Positions 16,312 through 24,842 of a stretch of DNA of 32,000 nucleotides are shown here, one piece after another. The notes beneath the pieces are model-generated. The model saw nothing but the letters and a program-made list of their open reading frames with translations. It searched no databases and was not told the origin of the DNA. The DNA comes from Betaproteobacteria bacterium Ga0077527 (GTDB taxonomy: Bacteria > Pseudomonadota > Gammaproteobacteria > Burkholderiales > SG8-41), in NCBI GenBank assembly GCA_001464815.1, contig LNDW01000021.1, forward strand, positions 116,218 to 148,217, read 5' to 3'. Every line of letters starts with the position of its first letter. Positions within the stretch are counted from its first letter, which is position 1. The translations under genes were made by a program, and so were the position numbers.

Positions 16312-16464
16312 ATGAGCCTGATGCTGATAATGATGTGGGTGTTTTTTGGATTGATCCTCTGTGTCGCAGGTCCGCGGCTCGGCCGTCTGCTGCGCAAAGC
16401 GGCGCGCGGCTGCGGTTATTTCGCCGAGGCTCCGTCGGCCAACAACCCGGCTGGCCGCGCTTGA
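16312..16464 (+). CDS. Candidate 50-aa small membrane peptide / upstream ORF
   Basis: ATG at 16312 is preceded by GGGAG 8 nt upstream. The product is 'MSLMLIMMWVFFGLILCVAGPRLGRLLRKAARGCGYFAEAPSANNPAGRA', one hydrophobic helix plus a basic tail. By hand count, third-position GC is about 71% in this frame versus about 62% in the overlapping MFS frame. Confidence 0.3.
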   Translation: MSLMLIMMWVFFGLILCVAGPRLGRLLRKAARGCGYFAEAPSANNPAGRA

Positions 16465-17747
16465 ACCACGGTCATGCCAGCGGTCTGGCGCCTGGCGTAC
16501 GCAAGCGCGAGGTTTGGTCCTGGGCGCTCTACGACTTCGCCAACTCCGGCTACACCACGGTGGTGATCACCGCGCTGTTCAGCGCCTACTTCGTCGCCGA
16601 GGTGGCTGGCAACGAACCCTGGGCCACCTTCGCCTGGACTTCGGCGCTCGCGGTGTCGTATGCCTTGATCATGTTCACCGCGCCGCTGCTCGGGGCCTGG
16701 GCGGATCGTCATGCCGCGAAAAAACGCCTGCTGCTGCTGACCACCGCCGGCTGCGTACTGTTCACCGCTGCGTTGTCGCTGGTCGGCCGCGGCGATGTCG
16801 CGGCGGCGATGGTGCTGATCGTGTTATCGAACTATTTTTTTGGCTCCGGCGAGAATTTGATCGCCGCATTTCTGCCCGAGCTGGCCCGGGGTGAGGCGCT
16901 GGGCCGGGTGTCCGGCTGGGGCTGGGGTCTGGGCTATCTCGGCGGTCTGGCCGCGCTGGGCCTGTGCCTGGCCTATGTCAGTCATGCGCAGGCTGCAGGT
17001 GCCGGTGCCGCCGAGTTCGTGCCGGTGACGATGCTGATCACCGCCGGACTGTTTGTACTGGCGAGCACGCCGACTTTCGTGTTTTTGCGCGAACGCGCGC
17101 GGCCACGCCCCGATGTGACTGCAATATCACTGAGGGCTCTGGCCTCTGCAGCGCTGCGGGTGCTGCGCGAGTTTGCCGACCTGCGCCGTTTCCTGTTGTG
17201 TCTGCTCTGTTATCAGGCCGGAATCCAGACGGTGATTGCGCTGGCCGCGATCTACGCGCAGCAGGCGATGGGCTTCACGCTGCGCGACACGCTGCAGCTG
17301 ATCCTGGTGGTAAACATAACCGCCGCCATCGGCGCGCTGGGTTTTGGTCATGTGCAGGACCGCCTCGGTCATGTGCGTTCCATCGGGGTGGTGCTGGCGG
17401 GCTGGATCGTCACGGTGCTGCTCGCCTGGTCGGCCGACAGCGCAGGATTGTTCTGGCTGGCGGCCAACTGTGTCGGGTTGTGCCTCGGTTCCAGCCAGTC
17501 CGCGGGGCGGGCGCTGGTCGGCTGGTTCAGTCCGGCCGGGCGTGAAGCCGAGTTTTTCGGCCTGTGGGGGCTCGCTGTAAAGTGTTCATCGATCCTCGGA
17601 CCGCTGACCTATGGTGCGGTGTCGTGGCTGACTGGCGGCGACCACCGGCTGGCAATGCTGATCACCGGCGGCTATTTTGTGGTCGGGTTGCTGCTGCTTG
17701 GCGGCATCGATGCCGGGCGCGGGCGCAGGGCCGCCGAACAGGGATAG
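16461..17747 (+). CDS. MFS transporter, UMF1 / Atg22-like family
   Basis: 'KREVWSWALYDFANSGYTTVVITALFSAYF' is the typical UMF1 N-terminus, and multiple TM segments follow. There is no in-frame ATG upstream. The candidate starts are TTG 16461 (chosen, overlapping the uORF stop as TTGA) and GTG 16335 (no SD, Arg-rich extension). Confidence 0.7.
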   Translation: MNHGHASGLAPGVRKREVWSWALYDFANSGYTTVVITALFSAYFVAEVAGNEPWATFAWTSALAVSYALIMFTAPLLGAWADRHAAKKRLLLLTTAGCVLFTAALSLVGRGDVAAAMVLIVLSNYFFGSGENLIAAFLPELARGEALGRVSGWGWGLGYLGGLAALGLCLAYVSHAQAAGAGAAEFVPVTMLITAGLFVLASTPTFVFLRERARPRPDVTAISLRALASAALRVLREFADLRRFLLCLLCYQAGIQTVIALAAIYAQQAMGFTLRDTLQLILVVNITAAIGALGFGHVQDRLGHVRSIGVVLAGWIVTVLLAWSADSAGLFWLAANCVGLCLGSSQSAGRALVGWFSPAGREAEFFGLWGLAVKCSSILGPLTYGAVSWLTGGDHRLAMLITGGYFVVGLLLLGGIDAGRGRRAAEQG

Positions 17748-17859
17748 GCAGGCAGGGAACAGGAAAAACGGGCGGAAGAAAAATGTCCGTGCAGATGTTG
17801 GGCTGGGGATGGAAGTTTCCGGATTAGAGTAGTCTGATCAAACAAGGGGCAGGGCCAGC

Positions 17860-19398
17860 ATGCTGAATTTTCTGGGGGGCGCCAAGGTCGATCATCCGAT
17901 GGCTGATGCGCGCAAGGCTAAGGAAATCGTCGCCGAACTGCCGGCTGATCCGCTGAAGGCACTGGCCGAGATCACCCAGTGGCTGGAGAGCCTGTGCGAA
18001 ACCAAGGGCTTCAAGCTCGACCGGCTGTTCGAGAACATCGACCTGCTCGACGGCGCGGCAAAAAACCACCAGCGCAGGCTCGCCCAGGATTATTTCGCCA
18101 CCGCGCGCCAGCAGAAATTCCAGGAAAACAGGCTGTGGAGCAGCAGCTTCAATTTCTGGAAGGCCTTGAGCGACGGCTATCTTGATTGCGTGGCGCGCTT
18201 CGAGGATACCCATACCGGCGGCACCGCCTTCCGCAAGAATCTGCCGATCATCGTCGCGCGTACGCTGCGCGCGCTGACGCTGCGGCTGAAATGGATACTG
18301 GTGCGTTACGGCCCGGTTGATGCCCAGGTGTGGTCGGACATCGGCCGCCTCTACCAGTTTGCCGAGGCCACGGGTTTCGCCGAATCCACGGTGGCGATCT
18401 ATCCCGGTTCACACGGCGGCGGTTCGGTGCGCCAGGAATTCCTGAAGGCCGTGATGCTGGCCGCGTCATCCACCGACGGCCTGAGCCCGATGCGCCAGGA
18501 ACTGGCGGAGCGCGCGGTCGCGCATTTTTCGCCGGGCTTTCGCATGGCGCAACAACCGGGGCCGGGTTGCGGTTACTGTTTTGACATCGCCAACGGCAAA
18601 CCGCCGTTCCGGGTGATGGGTGGACGTCTGGCCGATTCGCCGACCGCGCGTTATTTCGGCGCCGGCGAGGCGTTTGCCGCGCTCAGGCGTGTCGAGGGCA
18701 TCGTTGTCGATACCGGCGCGATTCCCTCCGATGTGCATCTCGGTGGCGTGTATGACAAGGACACGGTGATTCCGGTGCTGCGCCACCTGCTGCTGTACTG
18801 GGGTGATGACGCGCCGGCACGCAGCGCGCAGCGGCGGCAGACGGTGTCGCGGATGACGGTGCTGCACGGCATGGATGAAATCCTCCGCGCGCTTGATCCC
18901 GAGAGCAGCGACGAACTGGATTTCAGCGATCCCGCCGAAGCGGAAAATTCCGCCGAGAGCTGGATTGTCGAAAACGTCAGTGAAGGCGGCTATGGCGCGA
19001 TCATTCCCGCCGCAAAAAGCGACTGGGTGCGTGTCGGCGCGCTGATCGGCGTCAAGACCGAGGTGGCCAGACACTGGGGTGTGGGCATCATCCGCCGCGT
19101 CACCCGCGACGAGCATCAGCAGCGCCGTGTCGGCATCCAGGCGCTGTCCACCGTGGTGATTCCGATCCGTGTCGGCAAATCCGGCGCTGGAACAACCGAT
19201 CCGGCGCTGCTGCTGTCAACAACCCCCGACAGTCAGGGCGAGGTCGGCGTGGTGATGCGTGCCGGCATTTTTAATTCCCGTGACAGCCTGAACATGACCG
19301 TCAACAACAAGCCCTACCTGCTGCTGCCCTCGAGGCTGGCTGAAGGCGGCGAGGATTTTGACTGGGCCAAGTTCAAGGTCATGCAGCGCTCCGATTGA
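17860..19398 (+). CDS. Hypothetical protein (512 aa) with PilZ-like C-terminal region
   Basis: The ATG is at 17860. The composition is protein-like throughout. The C-terminal part carries 'QRRQTVSR' ... 'ENVSEGGYG' ... 'GVGIIRRVTRDEHQQRRVGIQAL', which resembles the PilZ RxxxR / (D/N)xSxxG beta-barrel pattern with altered spacing. Confidence 0.7.
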   Translation: MLNFLGGAKVDHPMADARKAKEIVAELPADPLKALAEITQWLESLCETKGFKLDRLFENIDLLDGAAKNHQRRLAQDYFATARQQKFQENRLWSSSFNFWKALSDGYLDCVARFEDTHTGGTAFRKNLPIIVARTLRALTLRLKWILVRYGPVDAQVWSDIGRLYQFAEATGFAESTVAIYPGSHGGGSVRQEFLKAVMLAASSTDGLSPMRQELAERAVAHFSPGFRMAQQPGPGCGYCFDIANGKPPFRVMGGRLADSPTARYFGAGEAFAALRRVEGIVVDTGAIPSDVHLGGVYDKDTVIPVLRHLLLYWGDDAPARSAQRRQTVSRMTVLHGMDEILRALDPESSDELDFSDPAEAENSAESWIVENVSEGGYGAIIPAAKSDWVRVGALIGVKTEVARHWGVGIIRRVTRDEHQQRRVGIQALSTVVIPIRVGKSGAGTTDPALLLSTTPDSQGEVGVVMRAGIFNSRDSLNMTVNNKPYLLLPSRLAEGGEDFDWAKFKVMQRSD

Positions 19399-20396
19399 TG
19401 ACCAAGCTGGAGCGCGTACGCGCCGCACTGGCCGGGGCGCCGGTGGATCGCCCGCCCTATGGCTTCTGGACCCATCTGCCGGGCATCGATCTGGATCCGC
19501 CGCGGCTGGCGGAGGTGACCGCGGCATTCGCCGCGCGCCATGATCTCGATTTCGTGAAGTCGATGTCCAACGGCCTTTACTGCGTCGAGGACTGGGGTTG
19601 TGTCTGCGACTACAGCGAGATCGAGCGCGGCGGCGTGGCCAGGGTCACGGTGCCGGCGATACGCGAGGTGGCGGACTGGGCGAAACTCACCGAAGTGGAC
19701 GTGGAGCACGGCGCCTTCGGCCGCGAGCTGTCACATTTTGCGCAACTGGTGCAGCGTGTCGGCCCCGGCATGCCGGTGCTGGCGACCGTGTTTTCGCCGC
19801 TGACCATAGCCGGCAAGCTGTCCAACGGCCTGCACCGCGAACATCTGGCTTCGGCACCCGGGGCGCTGCTGCAGGGACTGGAAACCATCACCCGCGTCAC
19901 CATCCGTTTTGCCGAAGCGGCACTTGCGCGTGGTTGTGCCGGTGTGTTTTTTGCCATTCAGGAAGCCAGCTTCGAGCTGATGGACGAGGCCGCCTACCGC
20001 CGCTTCGGCGAACCGTACGACCGGCGCGTGCTCGAAGCCGCCGCCGCTGCCGGTGGCTGGTTCAATGCCGTACACATGCATGGCGATGCGGTGATGTTCG
20101 ACCTGCTGCGTGATTATCCGGTGACTGCGCTGAACTGGCATGTTGGTGAAACACCGCCGGCGATTGCCGACTATCGTGCCAGCGGCGGCCGTCGCGCGGT
20201 GGTCGGCGGCTTGCAGCGCGGCCACATCACCAACCGCAATCTTGAGGCGATCCGTGCCGATGTCGAACGCGCCGTTGCGGAAACCGGCGGCCGCGGCCTG
20301 CTGCTGGCGCCGGCCTGCGTGATCCGCCATCCGGTGGATGATCAAACCCTGCAGCACACTGCGGCGATGATCCGCGGTCTCGCAAAAAACCGGTGA
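19398..20396 (+). CDS. Uroporphyrinogen decarboxylase (URO-D) / MtaA-CmuA-like family protein
   Basis: ATG at 19398 overlaps the upstream TGA (19396-19398) as TGATG. The N-terminus 'KLERVRAALAGAPVDRPPYGFW', the roughly 330-aa size and the internal 'FFAIQEAS' and 'NAVHMHGD' segments resemble URO-D-fold proteins. The call rests on my recollection of the family. Confidence 0.7.
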   Translation: MTKLERVRAALAGAPVDRPPYGFWTHLPGIDLDPPRLAEVTAAFAARHDLDFVKSMSNGLYCVEDWGCVCDYSEIERGGVARVTVPAIREVADWAKLTEVDVEHGAFGRELSHFAQLVQRVGPGMPVLATVFSPLTIAGKLSNGLHREHLASAPGALLQGLETITRVTIRFAEAALARGCAGVFFAIQEASFELMDEAAYRRFGEPYDRRVLEAAAAAGGWFNAVHMHGDAVMFDLLRDYPVTALNWHVGETPPAIADYRASGGRRAVVGGLQRGHITNRNLEAIRADVERAVAETGGRGLLLAPACVIRHPVDDQTLQHTAAMIRGLAKNR

Positions 20397-20407
20397 GTGG
20401 TGATGGC

Positions 20408-20854
20408 ATGCCGGTGATCCGTGAAGCACGTCCTGCAGATTTCGAAGGCTGGCTGCCGCTGTGGGAGGGCTACAACCGTTTTTACGAACGCAGCATTCCG
20501 GAAGCGGTGACCCGCGGCACCTGGGCGCGGTTTTTCCAGCCGGAGGAAGAGATGCATGCGCTGGTCGCCGAGCAGGACGGCGCGCTGACCGGAATGGTGC
20601 ATTACCTCTATCACCGCAGCACCTCGTCACTGGCGCCGGTGTGTTACCTGCAGGATCTTTATGCGGTGCCGGCGCTGCGCGGCCAGGGAGTCGGCCGCGC
20701 GCTGATCGAGGCGGTGTATGACAGGGCGCGCGCGGCAGGTTCGCCGCGGGTGTACTGGCTGACTCAGGAGGGCAACACCGTCGCGCGGCGGCTCTATGAC
20801 GGCGTGGCCGAACGCTCCGGCTTCATCCAGTACCGCCGGAATTTCCCCGACTAG
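20408..20854 (+). CDS. GNAT family N-acetyltransferase
   Basis: It carries the acetyl-CoA motif 'LRGQGVGRALIEAV' and 'RRLYDGVAERSGF'. The start is either ATG 20408 ('MPVIREARPADFEG') or GTG 20393, which overlaps the upstream TGA as GTGA. Confidence 0.8.
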   Translation: MPVIREARPADFEGWLPLWEGYNRFYERSIPEAVTRGTWARFFQPEEEMHALVAEQDGALTGMVHYLYHRSTSSLAPVCYLQDLYAVPALRGQGVGRALIEAVYDRARAAGSPRVYWLTQEGNTVARRLYDGVAERSGFIQYRRNFPD

Positions 20855-22050
20855 GCGAGCCTGGTCGCGCCGGCCGCCGCCATGTTCTGGATGTCAGCGT
20901 CGCTGTAGCCGGCTTCGCGCAGCAGTTCGGCGCTGTGCTGGCCGAGGCGCGGGGCGGGGCGGTGCGGCATCGCGCCGGCATCGGGCCAGTGGCTGGCCAG
21001 TGTCATCTCGCGCAGCGGGCCTTCGCTGGGGTGGGTCGAGCGCTTGAAAAAGCCGACAGCCTCGAGGTGCGGATCATCCAGCACATCGCCGACACCTTTC
21101 ATCGGCGCCGAGGGAATGTCGGCTTCACGCAGCAGTTTCTCCCATTCGGCATTGGTTTTCTGCTTCAGCTTTTCGGCGGCAAAGGCATAGACCTCGGCGA
21201 TATTGCGCGAACGCGCCTCGTGGCTGCTGAAGCGGGCGTCCTTCTCGAACATTTCTTCCTGACCGATCAGCTTGAAAAATGCGCGCCAGTGTTTGTCGTT
21301 GTAGATCAGCACACACATATAGCCGTCTTTGGTCTGGTACGGCGCGCGGTGTTCGGCGAGCATGCGCGCATAGCCATAGGGGCCGTCGGGCGGATCGAAG
21401 GTGAAGCCGCCCATGTGGTCGGCAAGCACCAGCTGGGTCACGGTTTCGAACATCGGCACTTCCACCGACTGGCCCTTGCCGCTGCGGCTGCGCGCGAACA
21501 GCGCGGTGGTGATCGCGTTGACCGCGGCGAGGCCGGTGATGCGGTCGGCAATCGCCAGCGGCACGTAACGCGGTGCCGAGGCGCCGGCCTCGTGGAACAG
21601 CGCCGGGATTGCCGACATGCCCTGGATCAGGTCGTCATAGGCCGGCTGCGCGGCATAGGGCCCGCGCTGGCCGAAGCCGTAGGCGCCGACATAGACGATG
21701 TCCGGCTTGATCTTGATCACGTCCTCGTAGGACAGCTTCAGGCGCTTCATCGCCTGAGGCCGCACGTTGTAGAACAGCACGTCGGCGGTCTTGATCAGCT
21801 TGTGCAGCGCCTCGAGGCCCTCGGGCTTCTTCAGGTCGAGCACGATCGAGCGCTTGTTGCGGTTGTGGTGCAGGAAGATGTGACCCATCGCCGGGTTCTT
21901 CATCGGCGCGATATGGCGCAGGATGTCCCCGTCCGGCGCCTCGACCTTGATCACATCGGCGCCGAGGTCGCCCAGCAGCTGGGTTGCGAAGGGGCCCATG
22001 ACCACGGTGCTCAGATCAATGATGCGGATGTTTTCGAGGGGTTGCGCCAC
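20851..22050 (-). CDS. Family III CoA-transferase (CaiB/BaiF type)
   Basis: GTG start at 22048-22050 follows GGAG with a 7-nt spacer. It carries 'IRIIDLSTVVMGPFATQLLGDLGADVIKVEAP' and 'AIADRITG' (catalytic Asp context). Confidence 0.9.
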   Translation of the reverse strand: MAQPLENIRIIDLSTVVMGPFATQLLGDLGADVIKVEAPDGDILRHIAPMKNPAMGHIFLHHNRNKRSIVLDLKKPEGLEALHKLIKTADVLFYNVRPQAMKRLKLSYEDVIKIKPDIVYVGAYGFGQRGPYAAQPAYDDLIQGMSAIPALFHEAGASAPRYVPLAIADRITGLAAVNAITTALFARSRSGKGQSVEVPMFETVTQLVLADHMGGFTFDPPDGPYGYARMLAEHRAPYQTKDGYMCVLIYNDKHWRAFFKLIGQEEMFEKDARFSSHEARSRNIAEVYAFAAEKLKQKTNAEWEKLLREADIPSAPMKGVGDVLDDPHLEAVGFFKRSTHPSEGPLREMTLASHWPDAGAMPHRPAPRLGQHSAELLREAGYSDADIQNMAAAGATRLA

Positions 22051-22196
22051 TGCGTGCTCCGTCGGAGGGTTTTTCGAGCGGGAATTTTACAGTGATTGCC
22101 GGCGGCGCAGGATGTCAGCGGGGGCCGCGGCGCGGGCTTGGGGTAGAATCAACAGCATCAATTTCCACCGAAAGTCCGGTTTCTCCGGCGCCGCGC

Positions 22197-22961
22197 ATGA
22201 GCATGACCCTGGAAGAATACGAACGCCTGAATCCCCGCTGCGAACTGCAGCATGAGGGGGTCAACATGGTGTTTGCGACACCCAGTCAGATGACCCGCTG
22301 GCGCGTCGATTCGATTTTCACCAAGGAGCCGTGGACGCTGGAGTGGATCGCCAGCTTCAGGCCCGGCGAGATCGTCGTCGATTGCGGCGCCAACGTCGGC
22401 ATGTACACGATCTGGGCCGCAGCCACCCGGCGCACCCGCGTCTATGCCTTCGAGCCCGAGGCGCAGAACTACGCGCTGCTCAACCGCAACATCCAGATCA
22501 ACGGTCTGAAGGATCTGGTCAAGGCCTACTGCATCGGCTTGTCCGATGCTGAAGGCCTGTTTGACCTGCACATGGCCGACCTGCGCGTCGGCGGCTCCTG
22601 CCACTCGGTGGGTGAGGCCCTCGACTTTGAACACAAGCCGCTGAACACGGTGTTTGTACAGGGCTGTTATGCCGGAACCCTGGATGCCTTCGTCGACAGC
22701 GGTGCGATTCCGGTGCCCAACCACATCAAGATCGACGTCGACGGCTTTGAGCCCAAGGTCGTCGCCGGCGCGCGCAGGACGCTGGCACGACCGGAAATGA
22801 AGTCGCTTTTGATCGAAACCAACCAGAACCTTGGCGACCATATGGAAATGGTGCGCGAACTGAACGGCATGGGATTCATGCACGACCCGGTGCAGGTGCA
22901 GCGCGCCGAACGCAAGCAGGGCACTTTCAAAGGGGTGGCGGAGCATGTTTTTAGACGCTGA
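22197..22961 (+). CDS. FkbM family SAM-dependent methyltransferase
   Basis: It carries 'VVDCGANVGMYT' (SAM motif I), 'VYAFEPE' and 'IKIDVDGFEPKV', the last typical of FkbM. The start is ATG 22197 or 22203, with no clear SD. The supplied ORF start at 22092 gives a Gly/Arg-rich extension. Confidence 0.8.
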   Translation: MSMTLEEYERLNPRCELQHEGVNMVFATPSQMTRWRVDSIFTKEPWTLEWIASFRPGEIVVDCGANVGMYTIWAAATRRTRVYAFEPEAQNYALLNRNIQINGLKDLVKAYCIGLSDAEGLFDLHMADLRVGGSCHSVGEALDFEHKPLNTVFVQGCYAGTLDAFVDSGAIPVPNHIKIDVDGFEPKVVAGARRTLARPEMKSLLIETNQNLGDHMEMVRELNGMGFMHDPVQVQRAERKQGTFKGVAEHVFRR

Positions 22962-23757
22962 AATGCAGCTTGCGTACAAGGTCGGAAACGCCCCTTTCAA
23001 CATGTTTCCGTACCCGCATTTCTATGTGCCGGATGTTTTTCCGAAGGCGTTTTACGACGACATCCAGCGCAATCTGCCGGAGCCCCGGGATTTGCGGCCC
23101 ATCGCCGAGGCGCGCAGTGTCAAAGGTTACGACGAACGTTTCGTGCTCGGCATGCACGACAAGGATCTGACGGTGCTGCCTGATTCAAAACGTGAATTCT
23201 GGGCCGGATTCATGCGCTGGTTTGTCGGCGCCCATTTTCGCGACCTGATATTGCGCAAGTTCAAGCCTTTCATCGATCAGCGCTTCGCCGGCAAAAGCGA
23301 GGTCATGTTCCACGACGAGGCGCTGCTGGTGCAGGACATCACCAACTACAAGCTCGGGCCGCACACCGATGCCCTGCGCAAGGTGGTCACCCTGCTGTTT
23401 TACCTGCCGCCGGATGAGTCGCAATCCCATCTTGGCACTTCAATCTACGTGCCCAACGATCCCGAATTCACCTGTCCCGGCGGACCGCATCACGATCATT
23501 CAAAATTCACCCGGCTGCACACCAATCCCTTCCTGCCGAATTCGATGTTCGCTTTTTTCAAGACCAACAATTCGTTTCATGGTGTCGAGCCGATTGCCGA
23601 CCCGGGTACCCGGCGCTGGTTGCTGCTCTATGACATTTTTGTCCGTGAAGAAAAGCCCGGCAAGGCACCGGAAAAGGCCGCGATCACCGTAAGACCCAGG
23701 GTTACGGTTACTCCGGCGCCCGCGCCCCAGAAATCAAAGGTCAAATTCACGTTTTGA
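22945..23757 (+). CDS. 2OG-Fe(II) oxygenase-like protein (putative)
   Basis: The candidate facial triad is 'LGPHTDAL' (H-x-D) plus distal 'NNSFHGVEPI', followed by an Arg ('GTRRW'). ATG 22945 overlaps the FkbM gene by 17 nt. An alternative ATG at 22963 lies 2 nt after the FkbM stop. Confidence 0.6.
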   Translation: MFLDAEMQLAYKVGNAPFNMFPYPHFYVPDVFPKAFYDDIQRNLPEPRDLRPIAEARSVKGYDERFVLGMHDKDLTVLPDSKREFWAGFMRWFVGAHFRDLILRKFKPFIDQRFAGKSEVMFHDEALLVQDITNYKLGPHTDALRKVVTLLFYLPPDESQSHLGTSIYVPNDPEFTCPGGPHHDHSKFTRLHTNPFLPNSMFAFFKTNNSFHGVEPIADPGTRRWLLLYDIFVREEKPGKAPEKAAITVRPRVTVTPAPAPQKSKVKFTF

Positions 23758-23778
23758 CCCGGCAGTGGTGACCGGGTG

Positions 23779-23808
23779 AAAAAAATGGCGCCGCAGGGCG
23801 CCATTTTT
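23779..23808. terminator. Bidirectional rho-independent terminator
   Basis: The sequence aaaaaaaTGGCGCCgcagGGCGCCAttttt lies between convergent genes ending at 23757 (+) and 23825 (-). Confidence 0.8.
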
Positions 23809-23824
23809 GCTGATACGCGACGGC

Positions 23825-24787
23825 TCACTCCGGAACGATATTCGCCGCCTTCGCCAACCGCGCCCATTTCTCCAGCTCGCTTTTCTGGAACTGTCCGAGT
23901 TCGGCGGGTTTCATCGGCGCGACCTGGATGCCGAGCCCGGCGAAGCGCTCGCGAACTTCGCTGCGGGCGAGGATTTTTTCCGATTCACCGGCGAGCCGGT
24001 CGACGATGGCCTGCGGTGTGCCGGCGGGCGCGAACATCGCGAACCAGGCGATCAGCTCGAAGCCCTTCACCGTTTCGGCAATTGCCGGAACGTCGGGCAG
24101 CAGCGGGTCGCGTTTCAGCGAGGTCACGCCGAGGCCGCGCACCTTGCCCGAACGCACCTGCGGCGCGCCGTTGACCATGTCCGCATAGACCATGTTGATC
24201 TGGCCGCTGATGACATCGGTCAGTGCCGGCGGGATGCTCTTGTACGGCACGTGGTTGAGCTCAATGCCGGCCATCTGCTGCAGCATGAAGATCGGCACCA
24301 GGCTGCCGGCGCTGCCCGAGCCCGCGGTGAGTTTGCCCGGCTGCTTTTTGGCCAGCGCGACCAGCTCCGGCATGGTCTTCGCCGGCAGCGACTGGTTCAC
24401 CACCAGCACGAAGGCGATGGTGCCGACGCGGGCAATCGGTGCGAAATCCTTCACCGGATCGTAGTTGAGCTTTTTCATCAGGCTCGGCGCCGCGGCGCTG
24501 GGCGTGTTGGTGCTCATCAGCAGGGTGTAACCGTCCTTCGGTGCCTTGGCCGCGAGTTCGGCGCCGATGGTGCCATTGGCGCCGGCGCGATTGTCAACGA
24601 CGATCGGCTGGCCCAGTGCCTCGGACAGGCTCTGGCCCACAGTGCGCGCGACCACATCGGTGGCGCTGCCGGCACCGAAGGGCACGATGAAGCGCACCGG
24701 GCGCGCCGGATAACCGGCGGGGGCGGCGGCTTGTGCTGCGAATGTGAATGCGCAGGCCACGGCACCCACGGTGATTGCGATTTTCAT
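23825..24787 (-). CDS. Bug/TctC family substrate-binding protein
   Basis: ATG at 24785-24787 follows AAGGA. It has a signal peptide, then 'PVRFIVPFGAGSATD' and 'VDNRAGANGTIG'. Confidence 0.9.
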   Translation of the reverse strand: MKIAITVGAVACAFTFAAQAAAPAGYPARPVRFIVPFGAGSATDVVARTVGQSLSEALGQPIVVDNRAGANGTIGAELAAKAPKDGYTLLMSTNTPSAAAPSLMKKLNYDPVKDFAPIARVGTIAFVLVVNQSLPAKTMPELVALAKKQPGKLTAGSGSAGSLVPIFMLQQMAGIELNHVPYKSIPPALTDVISGQINMVYADMVNGAPQVRSGKVRGLGVTSLKRDPLLPDVPAIAETVKGFELIAWFAMFAPAGTPQAIVDRLAGESEKILARSEVRERFAGLGIQVAPMKPAELGQFQKSELEKWARLAKAANIVPE

Positions 24788-24842
24788 GTTTGTTCCTTCC
24801 CGGGTGTTATCGGTTTTTTTGGGGTTGTTCTGCTGTTGCCGG

